In this document: piece by piece, positions 1 through 12,700 of the stretch
How the letters are laid out: every line of letters starts with the position of its first letter
Numbering within the stretch: position 1 is the stretch's first letter
NCBI GenBank assembly: GCA_002633005.1
Contig: NMRA01000546.1
Location: 59,967 to 114,793 of the forward strand
DNA from: Phoronis australis
Taxonomy: Eukaryota > Animalia > Phoronida
Length of the DNA: 54,827 nucleotides
Direction of reading: 5' to 3'
The notes under the pieces: model-generated
The model's database searches: none
The model's input: the letters and a program-made list of their open reading frames with translations, nothing else
Told to the model about the DNA's origin: nothing
Program-made: the position numbers and the translations under genes

Positions 1-3000
1 GATGAACAAATTTAGTATAATTTCATATTTTATTTGGAAATGCTAGTGTCCTTAAAATTAATTAAAAACATTTAAGCAAACCAATTGTTTTAATTGTTGT
101 ATTATACCACGGCATATTAATGCGTAGAAACGGCGCACAACTAGTGACTGGTTTAACATGAGAAATACACATACGCGGTCTGAAAATAGTGAAATTCAGA
201 CACCTATTACCAAGCCTGCCTGAAGGGCTGACAAAGTTTTTATTGTATTAATTTCAAGGGCATGGAGTCTTCTACATACCCATGTTATTATTTTTAGTTT
301 TCTCGCGGGGGCAGCTTCGCTATAAGGGTACAGCTTACTGCTGGTTTTTCACAAGACGGAAATGTGACTCCACGGAAACAGTTCCAGTGTTACCATGGTA
401 ACCGATATTGCAATGTCGATGCCGTTTTTACTGACACTGGTCATGAACCTATCATGTGATATCAAAATTGTTCAGAAACAATTCTGTTTGAAGCAGAAAC
501 TGGAGTAGAAAATTTGGTCAAAATGACTCATTCCACACCAAGAAGTTGCCTCATTTTGCCCCCCAGAACACTTCCCTTGTATCTCCTAAACCACCAAACT
601 TTGTGGTGTCATACTTCACCCATTTTCTCTCTTCCCTAATGTGATTTATCAGACTAAACATGGATCTGAATGGCTGACCCCCCACCTTGCCGCTTGTTGG
701 CTGTACAGTGGTCGGTGGATCCGTGGACTGATACTTAATACACAGACTAGTATGATCCTTACAGTGTTTTGACCCAGTAAGTAACTTAGAATGTATTTTA
801 AACGGATATTTTCAGCAATACAAGCTGAACCAAACCCACGTTAAGTATGGAATTAGACATGCATAATTGTTACCATGGCGACTGGGTGCCATAAAAGCTT
901 ATTCCTTAAACTAAAATTTGACAAGCATGATAATAAATAATATGAAGCTACAGGTGTACATATACAAGGCAGAAGGATTCGAGTGAGGCTTATACTTCTC
1001 CATCCAAATGTAACCCATCTGTAAATCAAGTAAGTTATTTTCACCCTTTGTTGGTTTGATGCATATTGAGGTAGAATAGTTATAAAGCATTAATCAAAAT
1101 CACATTTTACGCATGGAATTTAGAACAAGATATGTGTCCTATTGTGAAACATAATCATACTTTGGACAGAAGTTGACTTTCAAACAAAAACGATTTTAAA
1201 ACAATTTGAACAGAATTTAGCAGATAGTTAGGTCTTGACCAAAGACAATGTAGCCGGTTGAACACGTCTTTCAGTTCAGACAAGCCTACACGCTGTCCAA
1301 CAAGATTTGTGAACACTTATTAAAACCCTTATTACAAGTTACACAAGGGAGATTAAATTCTGGTGTTAACTATTGGATTTTACAGAATAATGCTAAATTT
1401 TACCGCCAAAATATTTGTGAAAGTAACGTTAAAGCACTTTAAATGCATAACGTATGCCGTTGATATGAAAGCTGTTCGATCCGACGAAAATGAAGTCAAA
1501 ATTTGACAGCTAAATGTCAATAACTTTTGAATACAACATGCGATTTCGATATTTTTTCATTATTGTATTTCCCGACATGAACACCTTTTTCTGTGATGTA
1601 GACTTTTGTCTACAAACCGAAAAAGTAAATTTCGGTTCAAACGCTTCATACATGCTCACACCCTTAATTCAAAGGAATTTCTGTATAAATAAAAGTTAAA
1701 TCACATTGATATGGGGCACAAATCGGAATACTTAGTTAAATAATCACATGAATTATTCATGTCAGCCTAAAATTGTCTCTAAGGTCGCCAACCGGCACCA
1801 CGTAATTTTGTCATCACTTGTGCTTACGTAACCTCTGTCCCATGGTCAGTTATGAACGCTAAATGCCGGGTAAAATGGAAGTTAGGAATATGTCAGACAG
1901 CATTATGGTCCCTAAAATGTTGATTCTCATTAATTATTTTTCTTAAAACCATCTTAAATGTAACAAAGTTACAAAAAAGATTTGTTTAAAATGTGTATAA
2001 TATGCAACATTGGAGGATTTTTGAGCAAAAAACGAATCAAGCCTATTCAAGAGATTTTTTAAATTTGCTCTCATACCCAACTAAGATCTTTCCAAAAGCA
2101 TGTTCACAGCCCCACAAACTGGCTTGTAGAAGAACTTGAGTGACGCCCAATTTCAACACTGACAAAAAGTGCCCACGGATTTACATTCCCAGTCACGTGA
2201 CGAATGTTAAAGCCGAGAAATAAATTGTTTATAAAATGATAAGAGCTTTGTGGCTAAAGTTGTACAGTGCTTAGGACGGATAGTTATAATGTGCGGGGAA
2301 TCGAAGGTATTGCGTGTACAATACATGTATTTTTGCGTTTGCGGTAAATTATGCTTCAAAGCACTGTGGTCTTCAGGATCTGATACTTATCCTAGTCTTT
2401 ATCTACACGTACACGTCAATGTATACACCATGCTTTAAATAGTAAATGTTATGTCAGTTAGTTAACGTATTGTATCACTTATCTGTGTCTCAAATAACAG
2501 CAAAAGATGTCGCTCAAAGCACCACGTGAGCTGGGTTTAAAGAAACTACCAGAGGAGATTGCGTTTGAACTAAGTTATAGGAACATGACAAGTTTATATC
2601 GACAAGTGTCCTTAATCAAAATCTGTTTGTTTCAGCAAGCACAGTTCAAATGCACACTTAAAGTGGCTATGGGAAACAGGTAGTGAAATGCCCCACTTTT
2701 CAGAACTCAGGTACCTCTGAACTGATTAACCAGTATACGAGCCTTTAGCTAGACATTCATAAAACGGTACAGTGAACTAGTTTGTTATTTGATACTCTGG
2801 TTTGTTAACGGACCCGATTATCACGTTTAATTTAACTAAGGAATTCGATACCACCAAGCACACATATCAACAAATATACAATCAATGCTTTCAGCGTTCG
2901 TAACAATGCAGAGTGTCAGAACAGTCTTTCATTGTTATTTCATGCCAGGGGCGTTTAAAAATATATAACATCTTGAATCCATCTGTTCGTGGGAACTGTT

Positions 3001-5406
3001 TGTGTAAGGTCACATCTTGACGTAAAGGTCATTTGACGAAAAGACTCTGAACAATAGACGTATTTGGTATTAAGAGCATTCCTGAATTAAAAAGCATTTC
3101 TGTGTGAGTTATTGAAAAGCAGAAAAGTAGCGATTGTTGAGACTCCACAATGGCAAACATGAAAGTATTTTCGCACATAGAGGTCGTAAACTAAAAAACA
3201 ACATGCAACGATAGTTTATTTTCACAGGTGCAGCCAAAAATTATTCACAAGCAGTTTTTGTGTAAGGTATGATAAAATGTGATGAAGCTTCATATCATTA
3301 ATAGGTGCTAATTGACAATTAATTAAGACTTTTTATAAGTACACGTATAGGATCTCTTCAGAAGTTTAACGCAATCTTTAGTTTCAGAAACGGTTTTCCA
3401 GCGGCCGGCAAAATATTGAAATTTCCTCCTTCTGTTTATTTTTGTGACCTTTGTAGCCCCGCATGCGCTATCATTACTTGTTGCAATGGCTTGGTTTGTT
3501 TTTCTTTCAATTCGCTCTAATTAGTTTTTGACGATTTATTCGTACTTATAGTATTAAAAGCATGCTTCGGCAGTTTTTACTCGTGTTGACATTCAATAAA
3601 TTTCATAACACAAAATGATGAACTAAAATGGCGTCAACATGTATTTTGTTTTTGTGTTTTTCCTTTTTTCGAAAACTGTTTCACAGACCCAGGTTTAATG
3701 AAATGTGTGTCTTACTTAAAATTAACGATATTTACCTCAATTGTTTTCCTTCTTTAAGAAAAAGTGTACATTAATTTGGGCGCATTTTCATTTTAAAAAA
3801 TTTGGTGAGTATTATTCAAACCAAACGCACCCTAGTCTCTGTAGAAGGCGCCACGGTCAGGTTTTCAAACTTGTCATGAACGGGTTTGGGCCTGAGGAAT
3901 TATTTGGACTTTTGGTAATCTGTACATCCATCCGTCATTTGACTCATATACAACAATAGTCTGCAGTAAACAATAAACGCAATAACACATCACCAGGATA
4001 GTAGTGCTAAACTTAACAGAATTTTCACACCTCTTGTGTAATTTGGCTCCGGCCACGACGGTCTTGGCGGTGAAAATTTTGACACGTATTTGAAATGCCT
4101 TGCAGTCCTTTCCAAACAGCATAGCCAAGTAAAATACATAAACTCTTTGTAAATGTTAAACGAGCAAATACGTGTTTGCTTGAATGAGTTTCAAGGTCAA
4201 AATATATCTGGGAAGGGCAAGAACTAGGCTTTTGACGAAGTTTGACGGAAATCGGACGGTGTACATTGAGACCCACTTTAGAGTGAAGAAATACGATTTA
4301 AGCGGATCCGAATAGCTATTCTCAAGGTGTTTTTCTGATGTCACACAGTAGATGTAATCCTTTTGCAGAATGCTTTCACTTTGTTGCAAAATCAGATGGA
4401 GAAAGGGAGTTTTAGGTAAACAGTGCACGATAGCGGAGACGTCTATTCATCTGCGACCAATGAGGAAATGTGTAACGAGAAAAAACGGCTGATCAATACA
4501 ATCAATACATATAGTGAAGCTGATGTATTATGTATGAGTAAGGTTAATATTGATCTTTAGTTATCAGATAACAAAGCAAGCTGTGTGACATGTTTGTTGA
4601 GTAAATAAGTTATATCCATGGCACTGTTTATCGGTCCCAAGGAATTCAACCGTTGCATCCATACATGTACAGTGTACCTACAGAACAATTGCTAGGGTTT
4701 GCTTGCTTAAAATTGAGCCAAGTTTTACTACATCAGCCTGCAGTGTACATGTGTAAAGCGATACTTTATATAAAGCAAGATCATTTAACGTTTGACGAAC
4801 TAGAATATCGCTATTTGTGAATTCCACAGGTGTGGTGGTTCTGTAACGATAAAAATGTCGACACTTTCTTCAAGAAATCCAAGAACAGAAAATCTTTTGA
4901 AGGTCGTCTTTAAAAAAGAATTCTAGTTAATGAAAAGAGAATAGTATGTAAGAAATTCATAAGGGTTGACAGACCGTTTGCAATTCATATGTCTGTCTAA
5001 CAGGTTAAAATGCTGACCAGACAGTGTACAGTTTACATGTCAAATGATTTAACAAGTAGATCAGACCGCCTGGTATGTTTGATGATCGCGTGCAATCTTA
5101 CATGTCTCAGAGTTTAAAGTGCCGATTAGATCTTCGGGGATGTCTGATGACCGTGTACGGCGTGTCTAACTACTGATAGTACGCAAAAAACTGTGCCCTT
5201 TTTGTTTAAATAAATTAAAAACTCCTAAACTGTGACAGGCTATCATTAGAATTAAGAGGAATTCACATTAATACGAATAAATTCTAAAAAAATCTTGGTA
5301 GAAGGCTTCAACAAATGTGGAAGGCATAATCGTTCATACTGCAAGTTTTTGAGAAAGTGTCGAAACTAATGAACGTCTGAGTATATTTGACAGGCGAACT
5401 GTGTAT

Positions 5407-5789
5407 NNNNNNNNNNNNNNNNNNNNNNNNNNNNNNNNNNNNNNNNNNNNNNNNNNNNNNNNNNNNNNNNNNNNNNNNNNNNNNNNNNNNNNNNNNNNNN
5501 NNNNNNNNNNNNNNNNNNNNNNNNNNNNNNNNNNNNNNNNNNNNNNNNNNNNNNNNNNNNNNNNNNNNNNNNNNNNNNNNNNNNNNNNNNNNNNNNNNNN
5601 NNNNNNNNNNNNNNNNNNNNNNNNNNNNNNNNNNNNNNNNNNNNNNNNNNNNNNNNNNNNNNNNNNNNNNNNNNNNNNNNNNNNNNNNNNNNNNNNNNNN
5701 NNNNNNNNNNNNNNNNNNNNNNNNNNNNNNNNNNNNNNNNNNNNNNNNNNNNNNNNNNNNNNNNNNNNNNNNNNNNNNNNNNNNNNNNN
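5407..5789. other. Assembly gap (383 N)
   Basis: Run of n. Confidence 1.
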
Positions 5790-7354
5790 ATCTTTCTAAG
5801 GGCCCAAGGGCAGGAGTTTTTCAATCGGTCCGCTTTTACAATGGTTGGTGGCCCACGTTTTGTAAGTCTTCTGGAAAAAACTTTTTGAGAATACTTTTAA
5901 AGGCCTAACATGGTGCTAAAATGATCATATTTACATCTAAGATACGTGTATTGACGAAAAACATCAAAATACGGTGTAATAGCATACCCATACAATAGCC
6001 ACATCACGGACTCCTTTAGCGCCAAAAATTTGAGATGGCGCTTGCACTAACCGAAGTCTATGAAATCATCGTTACAACGAGTTGACTTTCACCGAGTCTC
6101 CATCGTATTGGAATCAGCGATGACTGGCAGTTTAATTTAGTGCAAAATACGTGGAAAATCCAGGAAACACATTAGTTGTTTATTTCATGTCAATATGTAT
6201 TAAAATCGATCGTTACCTTTATACTTTTTATTTAATTATTTAGCACACATTCCAACACGAGCCCGTATGGGAATCTCTGGGAGGTTGACAGGGTCGCCGA
6301 AACAGCCGGAAAAAAGTCTTCGTCTGAGTTATTATAAGGCAAATTCACAATGTTTATTATAAAGTGTCATTTGCTTTACACAAAAATTTTGATGTTAAAA
6401 GCTTTGCAATTATGTCTTCTTGAAGCCGAAGGCGTGAACGCTGCGCGATTCAAATACATGTACGGGCCTCTGTCGAGGGTGTCTCCTATAAAGGAATCGG
6501 AAACAAAAGGCCGTTAAATTTGGTGCAAAATACGTGGAAACGGTACAGCACATTAGCTTGATCATTTCGAACAAAGCAATTATATTCAAATTCACTGAAA
6601 ATTTTATATTATAAACTTAATTTTCAAAATAATTTGTCTTGAAATCCTGCGACCAGTAGTCGGCGCGATTTTGACTCGGTCAACCTCAAAAGATTGAAAA
6701 TTTTATAGCAACACAAAGGTTTCGAGTATATGCAATAAAAAGCTATGAAATGAAGTCTAGATTGCATGAAAACCTACCGAATTATAAGGATTTGTAATCA
6801 ATCAAAAATATATTTCCATATGGGCCGACAGTATCCGATTTCCGTTAGGCTTACGGGAACAAACCAGAATCAGAATATTCCGATTTGGGCCGGAACAGTA
6901 ACACAAAACGTCGAAGTGCTCACGTCAGATCTTAATTGTAGCCAGCCAGTTACTTGTTTGAAGACTGTCGCCAAAATACAGCTAGGCCTACGCGACACTG
7001 TGGATTTAGTTCCGTTAGACCACGTTATTTCATAGAGGCCGGGTACGAGTACTGTTAGTCACCTTAATTAGTCTCTGTAGTATGCAAGAAGCAAAAACAA
7101 AAATTTTATGAACAGTACTTGCATTTATGATGTTAAAAAGATGTTTTAGCCGCTGGAGGCTATCTTTAACAGATCAGATTAATCCTGGTGTTTTTTTACT
7201 TATTTTACTAGAGAGTTCCTAAAATTTAAGAGGTTATTGTATTTAGAGCTGCACACTTTTAAGAAATTTCACTTTGAAGTAGCGTAATATTCACCGAAAA
7301 AAATCAATTGTAGGCTGTCTGATACACGTTGTACCAGACATGCGCAGGCCTAGC

Positions 7355-7506
7355 ATATTTTAATGCTTTATTATTATATGGTTAAAACCGAGCTGAGTAG
7401 CTAGGAACCTGGCTCAAGAGTTCAGCAGTGTGACTCGCAGGTTTGACTCGAACCCACGACCTGAGTACAGAAAGCGGGCACTTATCAAACAGGCCACCCT
7501 GCCTCC
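7355..7506 (-). mobile_element. tRNA-derived SINE, copy 1
   Basis: Minus strand reads GGAGGCAGGGTGGCCTGTTTGATAAGTG (A box)...GGTTCGAGTC (B box); near-identical to 30485-30634. Confidence 0.75.
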
Positions 7507-9301
7507 GAAGATCTTAGTGAAGAGTGAAATCATAATAACCAGTCGACGTCACGAACGAGATGGTGACTGCTAAAAGCCCTCTTTTAAAAATTTTGTTCAT
7601 GACAGAACTTGTTGTTTATATTTTCTTATAGACTTGATGGTTTTGACCACAATCACCAACAACTTTTTTAAGGCTGTACTCTACTCACTTAGCGACATAA
7701 ATTATTTGCAGGCGTAATAGAAAAAAATTATCAATTTTGAATGTGAAATCCATTTTAAAAAATGTGAATGCAGTATCTTGACAAAGCACGATGGCATGCA
7801 TTCTAAACCTGCCGACGTCACACGAATGGCGCGCGCGATTTGCCACAGGCCCCTTTAGTTCAAGGAACCATGAAGTTTATGTCCCTAATGAGTGTCGAAA
7901 TTGTGCGGAAAAGAAATCTTTGCGTCTTACGTTGAATCAACTTTTTTTTTAAAAACCCCACCTGTAATAACACTTAATAGCATGAAAGCGTTCAGAAAAT
8001 CTATCAAGCCCTTGTGTTGGTTTGACTTAGATGCAAGTATATTCAAGGAACATGACCATGGTAACCGACAACTAAGTGGATAAATTAAGTCAACCGTCAA
8101 ATTATTCATCAAATTCAATGGTCGATACTTGTCATGTATTGTTTTCCCAATAAACTTGATAGAACAAACCATTTAACAATGCGGTGAATTTTAGTTTCAA
8201 CGATAAAATTATTGGTGTTGAGACAACCACAACTGAGTGACTGTCCCCAATTGACAGCAGGTGAATGGAAATTAGCCCTTGATGTCAAAAATGCATAAAC
8301 GGTTGTAATACATGCAATTCATTTTTAGCTATTACGTAATACCCGTGATGTTGAGATTAAATATTCTGTGGGTATTTTTGGTGAAAAGTTTGTACTTACA
8401 TCTAGCCTTTTTTAATAGATTGTGAAGTGAAATTGTATTCCAAATTGTAACTTATAATGTCGCAAACCTTTGGGGAGCACGTGCCACCTGACTTTGGCAC
8501 CAAGCCAACTTTTACAGCGATTATAATCCCACGTTCCGCCCGAGATTTTGGGAACTCACCAACTATTACAAAAATAACCTCAAAGTGCTTCTTCAGGTTT
8601 CGTCCGGTGGGTTATTTTTGCTCTGTATACACATTTATTCAAAATGAAGCTTTGTGTTAAAATAATAATATTGATAATACTCATAATAACACGTAATATA
8701 AAACATGTTTTCGTAATTCTAGGACTTTTTTAATTAGTTCCCTTCATGCATTTTCTTACTTTTTGAGGTTTCAGTTAGCTAATACGAAATGAAAACCATA
8801 AAATCTCAGCAAATAACCATTTTTATGCCAAATACCCACATTGACTCAATAAACGCATTAAACAGAAAACCATGTTTATAATTCAGAAAGCAACTTTGAA
8901 AAAAGAATTTAAACTTGTCACAAACAACTTGCACACACTGTACTTAATAAGTGCGAAATGTACAATGATGCAAAATGTCAGTAGGTGTCACTGAAGACAG
9001 ATAAGCAATGGGCATTGTGAGCACTAACAAGATGTTTAACTCCTGACATGTTTTGATGACTCCAACATCAACAAGAATGAGCTAGTCAGCCAACAAGACC
9101 CTCTGACCAACAAAACTTAAGAAATTATTGAATGTGCATTAAACATTACGGCGTGTCACTGGTCATTAACGTGACAACTGCCGTCTGTACCAACTGATCT
9201 CGGGCTAATTAAGGACATATCAATAGCATACTCCCCAAAAGGTCCATTACGCGAATGGCCCGTAGATGTAAATAGTAATCCTTTCAGGTGGAATTTTCTT
9301 A

Positions 9302-9312
9302 GGGATATTCCC
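9302..9312. promoter_or_regulatory. kB-like site GGGATATTCCC ~360 bp upstream of ATG
   Basis: Matches GGGRNWYYCC; TGGAATTTTC lies just upstream. Confidence 0.3.
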
Positions 9313-9576
9313 TCAAACAGGACAGTTCGCGACCCAATGAAGAGAGCTTCGAAACTGCCAACAAACAGGGGTTCGGGGACAACAAAGACTGGGTGAATAG
9401 TGACCATAGGGTAGAACCTGAAAATTGGATCCTAGACCTCCACTAGCGCTACCTGCCGGTATGCCTGGAAAATTAAGGCGTAAACAACTCGGCTGACCGG
9501 CATACCCAGAATTCCTTATCGCACACGGTTGATCGATCATCAAACAAGAATCGAGTATCTCCAATAGTAACACAAA

Positions 9577-9584
9577 TGACGTCA
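9577..9584. promoter_or_regulatory. CRE/ATF palindrome TGACGTCA ~90 bp upstream of ATG
   Basis: Perfect consensus in a proximal promoter position. Confidence 0.35.
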
Positions 9585-9672
9585 ATGAGTTTTTACAATG
9601 ACGAACCACAACCTGAAAATAACCGTCCCGTCGTACAGAGTTGGCACAGATTAAAAGGCACCTTGAAAAAAG

Positions 9673-9738
9673 ATGGCAGCAAAAAAGGCAAGACGCGAAC
9701 CTAAAAGATACCTCCTCACCGAAGATGAAAAGAAAAAG
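9673..9738 (+). CDS. Putative exon 1 (MAAKKARREPKRYLLTEDEKKK)
   Basis: aagATGG start context, 22 open codons, donor AAG|gtaggt in phase 0; reads into exon 2 as the first helix of an ankyrin N-cap. Confidence 0.65.
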
Positions 9739-12700
9739 GTAGGTACAGTGTCTGTGCTTTTGTCAATCGTATGTTTGACCTTGAATACCTAATGTACAAC
9801 GCTGTTAACCCGCAAGCCCGAATTTCCGTGAACAGCAAGAAATCGAAGCCTTCAGCGACTCATGAAAAGGCATCACTAAAACTTGCGAATTCGAAAAGGA
9901 TACACGTACGTTTGCTTGTTACTTGAATTGGTCTGGGAAACATAATTATTTTACAAACAATGTTAAGAAATCAATTTTACAAGAGTAGAAACATGCCTTT
10001 TCATGTATTTATCCTAAACAGGGGGAGGGGGTATGGATATTTTGAAATCCAACGCACGTCGTATTCATGCAGATCACTGTTATATTGCAAATTTACAAAA
10101 AGAAAAAGACATCCGAGTGCTCATTATGCCCTCACCGTTGAGTCTATCGCAGTTTGTTATTAAACCTTGAGTATCTACACTATACTAAAGTTGTCCACTG
10201 TTATCCTGTTACTGACAAGAATATTTATATAATACTAATGTTGACCACTGTTATCCTGTTACTGACTAGAATATCCATGTTATACTAAAGTTGTACACTG
10301 TTATCCAGTTACTGATTAGAATATCTATATTATACTAATGTTGTCCACTGTTATCCTTTTACCGACTAGAATATCGAAACCCTCAGCGACTCAGAGCTAT
10401 ATGTATAACACAGCAAAATTCGTAATATTTTTCCGACTTTATTATAAATCACCTATTCTCATCAAATTACGTCATGAACTGGGAATTTCCTGACGTCATA
10501 TAACAGTTGTGTCGGAGCTCAGTGCCGTTTGCATGAAACAGCCCCAAATAAGGAATTGACTAAGTTTTTTCAAATCTCATGTGAGCCTCTAGATTTGTGA
10601 AACCACCGCTTTTTCAGCACTAATTAAACAACCGTTGTAGGGGGCTTCTCAGTGTCATTTGAGAAGTTTATCTAGGAAACGCAGTGAGTGTGACGTAGAC
10701 ACACACACAGGAGATGTACACCATTGTTCTTAACGTAGTATACATAGTGTTTTCATGTAGTGTGACATAGACACAGTAGGGTACATGTAGCAGAGGGAGG
10801 GGAGCCGACAGAACATTGACAACGGGAATCATCTAAAAATATTGTTTTTCGAAATTGTAGCTGATTTGTAGTTAAATTGAATGAGGTTTGTATTTAATGT
10901 TGCATCTATTTTACTTTTATTAGTGCTAGTGTGCATTTGAGTAGAGAGAGTGTGACATCTAGTAAACGTAGTCCCATCCATCACTAAACCTCTGCACGCT
11001 ATTGTGTAGGCGCACTGGACATCACCAAACCTCTGCACGCTACTATGTAGACGTACTGAACATCACCAAACCTCTGTACGCTACTATAGTATGTAGACGC
11101 ACTGAACACTTTTTCACCTAGCGTACCGATGCTGGTTAAGGCATTTATATACTGCTTCGTCACACAGACTAAAAAGATTGGAAAACTTGAAAACCCAGTT
11201 TACTGAAAGTCATTATTCCTATGATGAGAGGGTGTGGTCTCTGTGTCTCATTTGTATTGTGCTTCAAAAATAATTTTAAAAAACTGCGTTAGATTTTACA
11301 TTACAAAACTAGAACATATACGCACACGACGGCACTGAAGCAATGAGTGCAGAGAGGAGAAACGGAATTTATAGAATATTTTGTGCTTGAACATACAGTT
11401 TATGTCAAATTGAGGCATCAGTGTTTTGTTACACGAATGTTGATAGACTTTTCAACGAAAGAGTATTTGAAATGTATGGAAATATTTGTAAAGTAGCACG
11501 TGGTTATGAACATTGTAATCATTATTCGTATATTTATGCACGGTAATCGCAGAGACCAAAACTTATATAAAGGTGAAAAACCACGCAGTGTTAAATTCAT
11601 TGTTAATTGTGCATTGTTACAGAAGAATGATAGGTTGTCGCTACGTATTTATGTTATTGGCAATATTGTTTACAGTTCACGTTTTGATATAAATGTGTGT
11701 GCCAAGTTGTAAACGATCAAATGCGCACTTCAAAACTGTGTGCTGATAGGCCGTACCCGGGGTGAATATTTACATTTTAGTTTAGCATCGCACGGAAGAG
11801 GATACGGTGTGTGCATACACCACCTGCTGGTAGCTAGGGGCAGACTAAAGATGTTCTACCGGGTTTTGTCGGCTGGTACAGTTTTCAAATATTGGGCAAG
11901 TTGGTTGTTTACTAGAACTTAATTTAAGCCTTCACGTGCTTTAAATAATTCATATCTACTGACTCAAAGACTTACGTGGTTCCGCTACGCGTGTGTATTT
12001 GTGTCATGGCCTAAGCTACACTTTAAATAGCTGTAGACGGTAACCGTGTATTCTGTGGCGAGCATAAACTGAAAGAGGCGCTCTGAGTTGTTCACAGTCG
12101 TAACCAGTGACACGTGACTGGAAACATCCATTCACAGATCAGTACTCCTCTATCATCAGGCAAATGTACTGGCAAGCTGAAGATATTTACATTCTCAGTA
12201 AACTTCCCAGGAGAACAAGAAAGCTTAAGTAGTAAAATATTCACATGTCGCGGCAGTGGAACATTACTCCGGCGTTATTGGGGATTCTAAGGTTGCTTCT
12301 GAGAAAACTGCCAAGCTGGAATATTAAAATAGCTGTAAAATTTGGCTAATGAAGGTAGTTGAATTGACCCGTTACTAGTGTCACTTGCTATTTTGCAGAC
12401 AGCTCTTCACTGATTGGTTGAGGTAACTGCCTAAGGTCTAGTTTTTCAAAAACCTTTCTCATACCCTTTGTCAGCACATGAAAGACAACAAAGCGCTCTT
12501 TCATGTGTACAACGCTCGATGACAACTGCCATTTGCACAAGCGCGTGGTCCGGGGTCGATAATTCAACTCTTTTACTTGCCGTGTGACTAGAACGTTGTA
12601 ACCTGGCGTGCTGTCAGTAGCGCTAGGACCTACGCTAGGACCTACCTAAAATCTAACCAGAATCACGTGTTCTCTTTGAAAATACACGGCAATACCTCAC

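Noticed and set aside
3874-4428. Overlapping minus-strand ORFs
   Set aside because: No recognisable motif or consistent splice structure.
5366-5908. ORFs of 132-173 aa
   Set aside because: Artefacts of the N gap.
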